From: Botryllus schlosseri
Lineage: Eukaryota
Direction of reading: 5' to 3'
NCBI GenBank assembly: GCA_051294905.1
Contig: CM119386.1
Span: 6,138,001 to 6,202,000 of the forward strand
DNA: 64,000 nucleotides
Of the stretch, positions 13,301 through 25,300 are shown piece after piece. Made by a program: the position numbers and the translations under genes. A model generated the notes under the pieces. That model made no database searches, was not told where the DNA came from, and saw nothing but the letters and a program-made list of their open reading frames with translations. Position 1 is the first letter of the stretch. Every line of letters starts with the position of its first letter.

Positions 13301-16300
13301 CACGTTCGCGTTCTGTGTGTGAACCTCGGAAATTTAGAGGTTCGTGTTCACAACAGAACCTTGGTAGGTTCTGCACTGTGAACCTTTTGGTAAATTGTAA
13401 ATTTCAATTCAATGTAATTTTTCAATCCATTATAAGATCTTTGGCTCAAATTTATTGCATTTCAACTGCGGGCCACTCCATGCATGGTGCTGGCAGCATA
13501 AAAAATCAACGCTTAACGAGCATGCACCATGCACCTTGACAACCTTAAAAGTTTTAGTTGCTTTGTTGCAAAAATGTTCTCGGAATAACCAGCTTTCCGT
13601 TTGTGAATATTTAGTGACTATCTGCTGTGAGCTTGACCCGCAATCACACAACATCACGAGCGATATACGTAGTCAGCGAATAATGCTTATTCATTCAACC
13701 AATCAATGACATTGATATCGTCTTCTGATGTAAAAAATCGAACGGGCGTACGGGGTCAATCTTGACTTCATATCTTTACTGTATCATTAAAACCAAATCC
13801 GTGCGATTAAGGTGCTTGCTACTGCTGCATAACTAGTTGTTGTTTGTGGTATCTGTAGCGAGTATTGAAACCCGTTGTACACTCTGCTCAATATCAATGT
13901 AGCAATACTCAGACTCCGAACACATTGTCCGGTCTGGCAAAGACCGTTAAGGCGTAAGCTTATATTCCTTGGTAAGTCCTCGTCGAAATTGTTGGCAAAG
14001 CGACGGAATGTACTGATTTTACGCAATTATTATATCCTTTGATTCCCGCTGTTGATACATTAAGCGACGTTTAAAACGCCGATATGTAATTCAGCATTGT
14101 GGCATTATGTGGACCGAGTCTTCGCTAGGTATCGTGTACATTAATATAGGCTATCACTTCATTGAAGATAGGGTTGGAATTAGCAATATGACGTCACATG
14201 ACGTCATGAGGTTCACGTTCGTGTTCACACAGAACCTTTCAAAAAGGTTCGCGTTCACACGAACCTGAACCTTTCAGAGGTTCACACCATCCCTAGTTTC
14301 TATCTAGATTGGGTTGCTCCTTATTAACTGATCTGGCTGAGGCCAGATTCGATTTGAAACGTGACAACCAGTGTACTTGCTGTCATAGCAACTTAGAGCT
14401 GTCCTCTCTCGCATTTCCAAAGAAATCTTAACGCAGAAACGGCAAGTACAGAAAAATTCGAGACAAATTTAAAGGAAGGTTGCGGTTTACTTTAGTGTGA
14501 AATACGCCTCAAAATAATGACGAACAAATATCAGCGACTGGTCCCGGAAGACCTCAATTCATATTAGTGCGGAGAAGAGCGATAAAAGTCCCACTGTGGT
14601 ATTACCATCAACTCCGTGAGTATAGGACGGATCGGCTGCATTCCTCAAATTCACAGCCCAGATTTCCGCTAGTTCTCAAGTCTCACATGTCGCTTTTATG
14701 CCCGTTGACATACGGTTACAAGCACTCAGTTTTCAGTGTTTTGCATAAAGAGCTTAGCTTATTTTCAGGCCATAAACAGAGGCCGCCTCAATATGAAATC
14801 GTACCCTCCCAAATCCACACAGCACAGGACAACGACACATAACACTAAATGGCAGCTGTCTAACTGGTACCGGTACGAAGACGCACCGAATTGAACTATA
14901 GATTACAGAGCTGTAGGTTGGTAATTTATAATTGGACGAGAAGATGAGGGATATTCTGCAGCAAAATATTGGTTCCCTGTTTTAGCTAGCGTGGCTCAAG
15001 TAATGCCAACCTAGAACGTAAAGGTTGACTTCACATCGACTAATCAACGACAGTAATAGCGCAATCTAGCTCGGGCCATTTCCCTAAAACGGAGAACTCG
15101 ATTCCGGTCAAAAATCCAGACAAGATGCAATCCATCCCCAATTCTTATGATATACTTCTTATAATTCTGGAATCTGAGAAAACAGTCAGACTATGCAATG
15201 AGTCGAGTGAGTGTAACAACCCTAACAAGAGTATGATTGAGAAAATGCATTCCCACATCCAAAGAGGTTTACAATAAGAGCCTTAATGTACAAATCCAGT
15301 GCATAAATACAACTATGACAGTATAGCCGACCGGGATTACTACGTAAAGACGATTGTAACACCGTATGCTTCGAGAACATCTCAACACTGCTTGATGTTT
15401 ATGATGAGTCACGAGATCATCATCTCATTCGGTCAACAAACACGCATTGCATATGACGGAAGCGCGGAATCACAACAATACAACGTACTTCTATCCGGCT
15501 CCGGTAGAAGCCGGTATACCCGGAATGGATCCGTTCCTTCCAGTTGACTTCTCTCCTTCAGTTCTTTGATATCCGGTAACTTGTTGAGGGCGCATCGCAG
15601 TCTGGTTTTCCACGTTGCCGGGTCGAATTTATCCACGCCTTCCTTGTACTTGCCGCGATGCTCAGCCCACGCCTGTAAATATCAAGACGTGGATGTATTT
15701 ACCAACATATGTCGCAATGTTGCATGAATTGTACCAAAAAGTCATCCACAACCAGTTATACGTGAGAACAAAGTTCGTTACATTTTGACTGTAAAATCTA
15801 TCGGAATTTGGTGTCATAATCGTGTCTAGCAAATAGCACAAGTCGAAGAGCTTGCAAAAGAAACCGAAATATCAAAATATTTGGTGGTTTTAACAAGATT
15901 CCAAATTCGGAATCTTCAATAAATCCACGAATAACACATGTAGTATCAAAAAGCCATCAGCAAATTTCTCATTAAACTGAAGTTTTTAATACTTGATTTT
16001 GACTTGCATACATTTGTTGTAACAACGGTTTGGGTTAATTTAGATTTTTGATGATTCATCGGCCTCTAAATTTGCTTTGAAATTTACCGGTCTTCCGAGC
16101 TAAAATAAGGTCGATAACCACTGACCCAGTGTGGTCTCAAATTAGACGTACGCAACGTTCGCAAGGTAACGTCACAACGCGTGAAGTCACGACTAGGGCT
16201 GGGCACAATGATTCGAGTACTCGAATCTGAATCGAGTATTAATTTTAATGATTCGAGTCGAGTAGTAAAAGACGATATTTTCGAGTACTGAAATTACAAG

Positions 16301-19300
16301 CTCCTCGCCACTGAAAGTTAATTTATCAACGAGAATCATAGTTTTGATGCTAGTTTCCAATGTGGAAGGCTTAAAACACTGATTGGCTGCATTGAAGCAT
16401 ACGAAACATAGTACAAAGCTACAAAGCTTACGTGAAATAACACATTTTCGAAGTCATAATCATCCCATAACCTTGTCACGATCGAAGTGCAATGAAATCG
16501 GTATGGTCGAAAAAATATCAAAGCATCTTTAATGTGGTGGATAACAGGCATTATATTCTTTGCTGTGGCATAAAAGGTACATATTTGAACTTTGACATAT
16601 TACATTCTGTTATGACGTCATAATGTGTGATACTCGAATACTCGACTCGACTCGAAGCATAATACGTGATTCAGAATCGAATCACTCAGGTACTCGATTT
16701 TGCCCAGCCCTAGTCACGACCGATTCTATCGCTATCGCCGTTTCCCTATCCGTACCGTTACAGAAATTAGCATTATTGCTCACTACCGTTTACTCATATG
16801 GCGCAGCAGGAGATGCGCGCTTTATCACGCTTCGCCGCGAATCCTGTCATGTTGCATGCCGTCAGTACACCTGAACGAACTGTTCGGTACATACCTGCGA
16901 AGCATGACTAACGCGCCGTTGTCACGGTTGAATTCGCGATGCCCAGCAATTAACTTGACCGGCGGTCACATATCAGCGTTTCAGATTGAGACAAAGTCAA
17001 CGAAACACTGCTTTCCAAGGCTAAATTGGCAGTAACATGATCCCGAAACAATAGAAACTTCACATATTAACAGGCAGAGCCTTTCGATACCTGGCGCGCT
17101 TGGTTTTACCAAAGGCGCAGAACAAAGAAGAAAAATAAACAATATCGCTGATTGGATTTAGAAGCAAACGGTCGACAGTGCCAAAAGCACAACAAATCCT
17201 CCCTAAAACACATGCAAATGTTCGCCGACTAAATAGCTTTTTGAGCAGTGCTTGTTAACCGGGGTTCATACGAACCCCAGGGGTTCAGTGGAGTTCAAGA
17301 CACATACCCGGCTCATACAGCAGAGTAAGTCACACTTATTTGCAGAAATTATTCATTTTAATCTTTCCGTTTTGTGTGAAAATCATGTTGTATTGGTTTT
17401 GTTCTGTAACAGGCGATATTAGTAAATTATAATAACCATTTTTTTAAATGGACCCGTGTCACCCTCGACAACACTGGACTTGACTGACGTATTGACAGTC
17501 AACTGATAAGGTGAATTTCTGGTTACGGATTCCACCGCCTTTACTTCATATATCAACATGACACGTAAACAACATTCGTAACATGTAAATGTGCCCACAC
17601 CTGAACATACGTCAACACCAGACAAATTCTGCGTACTTTTACAATTACAACTCCTGTACATTGTGCATAAGGTAGATTTAAGTAAGTGGATGACAGCGGA
17701 ACGCCGTAAATACTGTTTGCAACTACAGTATTATATTTCCAACTTTGACAGGCATTCATTGCCAACAAAATATTCTTAAGGTGATTGATATACGATAGCA
17801 GAAAACTGGGAGTTTCAAACGGATTGAATAATTGAAAGCTCGTATTACGGAACGCGGAATGTTATCGGGAATGCAAAGGGATCGACCTCACCTCAACACC
17901 AAATCTGCAGCGCATTCCAGTTTAGATATTATTACGACACAGCACGCTACGTGACTGATCATCCATGCGTGTCGAGCTAATACATGGCAGATTGACCGTG
18001 GAAACATACTAGTACAATGGAGACCGCTATTTTCGGCGCCAAGCATCATAACATATTATAGTAAGCACAATATCACAGGATATTGTACAATGACACAGCG
18101 CGCCGGGCCAACGGCTCAAGTTCATGAGCTTTGATGTGTACCGTTACAAATGGCATAGTGGTTACCGCTAGTTCTGGGCACAATGATTCCGGTATCCAAA
18201 ACTGAATCGATTACTAATTCTAATACTACTGAAATTATTCGCTCCTTTGCCACGGAGAGTTAATTCATGAACGAGATTTATTGTTTCGATACTATTTTTC
18301 ACTGTGGAAGGCTGGAAGGCTCCCAGCATACGGAACATATAATACAAAGCCACGCACATTCGCGGAAATTACATACCTGCGAAGTGTGGAGTCGTTATCA
18401 ACTCACAAAACTTTCGCGAAGTGCAATGGAACAGCTATGGTCGAAATAATATTAAATATGACCTTTAATGTAACGTGGTCGCATAAGAGGTAGGCTACAT
18501 AGCACGAGCAAGTTTAGCCGCAGGTCTCGGAGTTACGGGGTATTTCGCGTTTTGGATTGCCGCCATATATCGTTAGGCACAATGGTATATCTCACAGGGA
18601 ACAGTCATTTGATATAGTCTGTGACAGAAGACACAATCTTCCTGTCTTTGATTACTGGCCTCGCGATAGCCGAACACAATGGCGACAAAATACAGCGCTG
18701 GCTTCTATTTTGAAAAGCGGCCACCAGGAAACAATCGCCCTATCAAATCACCGAAAGGTTTCGAAATAGAGCGAAGAGCGTCCATCACCGAAAGTAACCC
18801 GTAATACAGTCAAAGTCAACCACGGAGAAGAAGTAATGATTACCTTAGCCGCATGTGGAGAATAAAAATAGGCTACGGAGTGGACAGGACACAAAACGGT
18901 TATGACACTGTCCCGTCATAAACGAGTAGCAGCCCAAAACAATTTGGTTTCGGAATAAGCATCAAATAACAGTTTTATGAAGGATTTTCACGCGGTTATC
19001 AGTTGTTATTGCGTGGAAGACCTCTGTATCACGTGCGAAAACATAGCAAAAATGCAGATTTTACTCTAGGCCACAGTTAGAATGTGACGAATGAAGATGA
19101 ATATCGTTACGTACAGTTATGCCGGGTCTGACACACGATACTGTGTAATGTGTATGTATAGTGTATGGGTATTAAGTCATCAAAGATTTTTTACAATGTA
19201 GACATGGAGAGACGGTATCAAGTCTGGACGGCTTAGAACAAACTTCGTCCGCTAATGTTGGTTCGTATATTGTGACCCAACCAAGTAGGTGACATCACAA

Positions 19301-22300
19301 TGTGTAATATCATTTCATTATTAACGACAACAATTTTTCGCTTCCGACCCAAATGTATACTTGGGAAGGAATAATGTGGCAAAAAGCGAAAAAGATGGTA
19401 ATCCCCAACTTTACAACCTCCAACCTACAAAATCCCCGCGTCTGAGCGCGCGATTCGCTAATTCTCGAGAATACACCGCTTGATATCCGAGTCACTATTT
19501 TAGTTGGTTTCGATTCGAAGTTACACAGCACTATTTCTTTCACAAACTGCAACTCTCGCTAGCTATCGCTTGACAAGTCGCGCACAAAAAAGCCGTTTCT
19601 CCCAACGCAATGACGCTGTGCGATTCGTGATATAAAAAGTCGCGCATATTGCGCAATGCTGCGCGATTTCTAGTCAGGCAACGGTTTGTATTAGTAATGT
19701 TAACAAATCGCACGGACCGTGCCTATTCAGCAATGCACACATCAACAATGTTTTGTAACTAAAATCACGCACAGAATATCGCAACAGTTGGGTATGCGGA
19801 AGATGGATCTCGGTCCATGTGGTTTGATTCAGTTTAGTCGCAGGCAATTAGGAGTCATCATTGTCGGTTACGTCACAAGACATCTGTGTCATCAGTCACG
19901 TCACGCGTTTGATGAAATTTAGACGCTCTCAATTTCAATGCCGACTGTACCCCCGCGCCAGCATGACGCAAAGCATACAGATTTTTGCTTCAGGACAATG
20001 TGGCTGCGTTTCTCGTTTGTTGTGCCACGATATCTCCGCGATGCCAATTCGTCGCTGAAAATCATTGTGTCGAAATTTTTTCGAGGTTACGCTGGTGAGT
20101 CCAACACTCAGCTTTGCATCGTGTGATTCGATGAGTACAGTCACATACTCTAACGACACCTGACCACCATCAGCCATTCAACCCATTGGTAGGGTTACCA
20201 TATTTTGGAAAGATGAAATAAGGACACTTTTTCAAAATTTTCAGACTTGCAATACCGGAGGAAAATCCTGAAAAAATGGTAAATTTTTCCCACCTCGTGA
20301 TCGCTTGACTGAAAAAAAGGTCAACTTCCCGGCTCAAATCCCGATTTACCGGCTTCTAAAAGAAGTTAACTTTCCGGCCCCACTCCCGAAATACCCGTCG
20401 AAGCGTTATTGAGTATTGATTTATTATATTTCAGCCGAAGTTTACCGTATATTTAACCAAAATTTTCAAAAAAGAGGACCAATTCTCAAAAAAGCAGACA
20501 TTCGGGCGTCCTCCGAAAACACTTTCGAAAAAGTCAAAAAAGAGGACAAATCCTGTGGCACGGAACCTTTTGAGCTTGGGGACTATTACAATTTCAGAAG
20601 CCGAAATCAACCCAGAATTTAATTACCATTCTGCAACTCAACATAAAGAATTGGAACTACATATCATGTGATGTTTTGATATCACAGCTGTTACGCGTGA
20701 TTCGATTCAAGTTTCCGCAAGACAAAGTCCAGTTAAAAGCCCCAACCCGATTTTTACTGTTGGCTTTCGTTTTGATTCTACTATATTTTAAAATGTCTAC
20801 AAAGTCTTCTTAGATCTCACATATTGGTCTACGAGTTGTAGGCTACTTTAAACAGTTAGTTACAACGCTTGCAGCTTGCAGCGTTGTGACGTAGGATAAG
20901 TCAAAAGTATATCAAGTCACTATATCAAGACAGAAAGCGTTCTAAATCACTAATCGAGTTCAAAATGTGGTGTTTCATCTCTCTACTTGATAGATAAGCA
21001 TTCATTGTTTTGGTCGAACAATCGCTGATCGATTGCACGCACGGCGCGCTGACAGCGTAAAAAACGCCAGCACATAAAACACGACGCGGTTATGATTACA
21101 GCGGAGAACGGCTATTATTGGCAATTTCCCTTGCGGAAGTGGCTGTTCTGCGCGAACTAGCATGTGGCGGATCGCCAAGTTTCACAATGATTTTGCTGGT
21201 GTTCCAGAATCAGTACGAATCCGCAATTTCAATCTGCTACTAGACACAAGCATATACAGAAGATTCTGACGTCATCGCGTTGCATTCTCCTTGTCCACAT
21301 TCCATTCAGGTATAGGCCGTCATCATCACGCGCAGTTTACCACAATCTTACATGCTACAATGTATCAGTGTACAGCGGCAATGATCCCGATGTACACAGA
21401 ACCAGTTTTGTTGCGGTAATGCGTCACAAACCACATTATTTCACCTACAGGGCCTACGCCAGCGGTTCTCAACCGGGGGTCCCCTGGGGGTCTGCGAAGC
21501 CTCAAAATAATTGATACCTAATTTTGTTTTAAATTCAGAAAATCACGAGGCAGTTTCACTTCATTACTAGTAAAACTCCAGAGCTCACATTAACAGAATG
21601 GCCATCTGAGATGAAATATCTTACACTGTGCAGACTCATTTTAATTGCCAATAGTCTACTGAAACAGACATTTTGATGTTTAGAAATGTTTTATTGAGAA
21701 TTCTGAAAAAAAAACGTTGGATGAGTAAGGTCAATCACGGCGACTTCGAAATGTTTACAAAAATTGTTTTTCTCCTGTGGTACACATAACCATTTTTCCA
21801 TGATAACTGCAAGATAAGCTGCTACAATGCTAAATAGAAAAGGCCAGACTTGACGTTATATATTCATTAAAAAAATTGTCAAGTTTGGTGCCATATTTGT
21901 TACGATTATACCCATATGCGTCGTCGGAAGCGTTATATGATATTATTACATTCGCCAGCACCTATATTTGTGAAAATGGATTTTCGGCACTCGTTCATAT
22001 CAAATTGAAGGCGCGGATGTTCAAGACGTGACCACGTATATTTCAAGAAATGCAGTTGCAGAAATTTGAAATAATAGAAGTCAACCCTAGTTCTACATGA
22101 ATAGTATGATCTTATTTTCAAGAAAAGTCATTTTGTTACTGTTTACCACTATGCCTACAGTAATTATTTGCACAAGACAGAGATGACGATTGCATAATGA
22201 TTGAGCTAAATTTGAAGTAAAACTCCGTGGGGGTCCGCGGGGTCCGTGACGTCCCGAATGGGGTCCGCGAAGACAAAAAGGTTGAGAACCACTGGCCTAA

Positions 22301-25300
22301 GCAGTTCATCTAATACGCCGCACAGAAATTCTAGGCACGTACGGCTAGATAGTTCGACGTCACGGCGTGTGTATCGGCTTATGGTTATTTATCTACAAGG
22401 AATTTACCATCAACCCGCGTTCATTTGGAATGGTATTTTATTAGTAACGACACTCTGACGTAACTAATACCTTCGCCGATATAGGGGAACCGATACGCGT
22501 CTATCAACTGCCCTATATTGATTACTTGTATTTACATAAATCGTGCCACGTCATGACACGACAAAGACTACGTACTGATATTGTAATACACCGTGCATCG
22601 CTAGCACTGAAAAGCAGAGGTGGTCAGTAACGAAGTACCTTTATTTTTTCGCAGTACTCAAGGGTTCGTGATAGTATATTGATAGTATTAAGCATAGGCC
22701 CACACAATTCGGGGCTTATGAAAAGCCGGCCGTCGCATCTGTATTTCCGGCAAGGCTATTTCTAAACGACTCAGCGTGAAGCTGTTGCCTAAATCGTGGT
22801 TTCCGACCAATATGACGTCATTAAAATTGTGACGCCACAAGCATGAAAATTTAGACGCAATTTTTCTCCTCACTGGGCTGCGTGCGATCGAACAGCGATA
22901 GGTATTGGTTGTGCCGATAGTTGCGATCCGAGCTTTCATAATTACAAGTTGCGATTTCAAAACGGGAGCCTAAGTAACGCCGGCGTTATCTGTCAGTAGA
23001 AAGCGATATCAGTCCAGGAGATATCAGCACAACGTAAACGGGGAGACATAAGCCCTCTCAAATCGCCTTCTGACTTTACCATATGGAGTTATCACAAATA
23101 CTTTCCCAGAGCGGGACGCTGGGTACAGTGTTTACCTGCGGCTGGTGAGTGGTGACGTAATCAGCGGGTTTATCTACAAAAATTCGCAGACCGTGTGTAC
23201 TGTGTATAGGTGGAGGACTTCGTCTGCGACTGCGACCTGACTGTACCCTGCACTACATCGCGGTAAACAACTAAACATGATGGGCGAAAATATTGACATT
23301 GCAGAGCGCGTAACGTTGCAATAATCAATCCATAGCGTTATATACAGAATTCGTAGCAAATCGATTTTGTCGCGTCCAGTTTATGTAGCGCGATCACAGC
23401 ACGACTAAAAGTGGTATAGTGATGATAGTCGATGCTGGATAGGATATAGCATGATACGGCGAATACAAACGTCCATGTCGGCAACGTGTCGTACATATCT
23501 CCACAGCGTGAGTCAACAATCTGCCATCAACAACGTTCCATCGTTATCTTGGTCAAGCGAGGACAAGATGAATCGAGGCCAATCGCCGTGTTGATGACCA
23601 GAACAATGAATCAGGCCTTGTTTACTACGGGCAACGAACTCACGCGATCGCCCGACTGCGTACCAGAATCAAATGAACAGATTCTGTTTGATTATTATCC
23701 GAGGCGTATATGTATTGTTAAGGCACTGTTTCCCAGAAGATGTATTTATCTCGCAACGTTATTGTTCGGGGAGAGCATACACGGCGAGTGAAATGTGTAC
23801 ATATCGGACGATTGTTTTACGTTAAACGGGCGATTTCAACTATGCATTTACGCCATAACACGCAGCTTATCATTAATATTACCCGTCGGTATGACACTCA
23901 TACGTTCAACTATGAGCAACACACAATATTCACATTGCCAGTATTCCACGGTAGTACATAACCGAGTGTGGTTACGCTACGTCGAACTTCTAATACCGAC
24001 AATTATTAGATTCAACGAACAATTCAATTCATTATACGTCAATATCAGAAAAAGATATGTGTCGGATTACATACATACGTTCACAGGTCTGTTTATTTGT
24101 CATTATTACGTCACAGCGTTTCGGATTTTGCTAATCGCGTCTAAGGATGATAGCTAGTCAGTCGAAAAGCTTCGAGCGGGATAAATTTGGCAACACGAAT
24201 ATATTGTTTGCTACACATTACATTTGAAGAATGTCGGCGATATGACGAGATCAGTGCACAGCAAATACTGCAGCACCGCTGCATATCGTGCTTCGGCGTT
24301 ATTATCAATTGAGTATGTAATCTTAATGCGATCACTGGGCATGATTTTATATGCAGTATGAATGCACATCGCATATGGATAGTTGGACATGGATACACTT
24401 GCACACTGCACAGGTTATGGCGAGAAACCGCTTGCGACCTGACACACAACGGTGTGTCTTATGTTGACAGAAACTACATTACCATTTGCCGACATAAATA
24501 ACTTCACATATCACCGATCAGGCGGTGCAATCTCAATACCCGCGTCATTTCCGGTTTAACATGATGTGGATATTCGGTGTATTCGCATGCCTTAGTCGTG
24601 TCGCTCCGACTCCAGCCCACTCCGAAACTACTGCAGTTTCGATAGGGCTTCACCCTACCACAACTACACGGCTATTGCGGCGGTGTCGCGAGGGATCAGA
24701 TTGCGACAATGCAGCGCGTTTGATGCCATCAAGGTTTGAAGCAATGATTTTTAAAAACTACCTAAAACTCGGGCGAATAGGGTGATCACAAAGCATTCAT
24801 CCTGTTACGCAGCGAATACCAGGCTGTTTCGGTCATTTTGCCCGACGGCTAAAGGAAATTGAAGCGCTTAATCGCCGTAGGATGCGTGATACAATAATAT
24901 TTGGAACACGATCTCCAAATTGAGTACATATGCTACCGTACTAGTACTTCCCCTATAGACGTAATCGTACAAAAGGAAAGGTGCAATATGCATCAACCAT
25001 ATTTCTGGTTATATACTATAGCACAGTGGTTCTCAACCACCGGTCCGCCAAATCTTCTAGAATTATATATATGTCAATTAGAAAATGTAAAAATTCGAAC
25101 GCTTGTCCGTTATTTTAGAAATTTGGAACGTATTTTTCTGCATAGTGTCATAACATAGACTTCATGGTATACTTTGTACTTATCACAATTAGGGCTGGGC
25201 ACAATGATTCGAGTACTCGAATCTGAATCGAGTATTAATTTTAATGATTCGAGTCGAGTAGTAAAATACGATTTTTTCGAGTACTGAAATTATGCGCTCC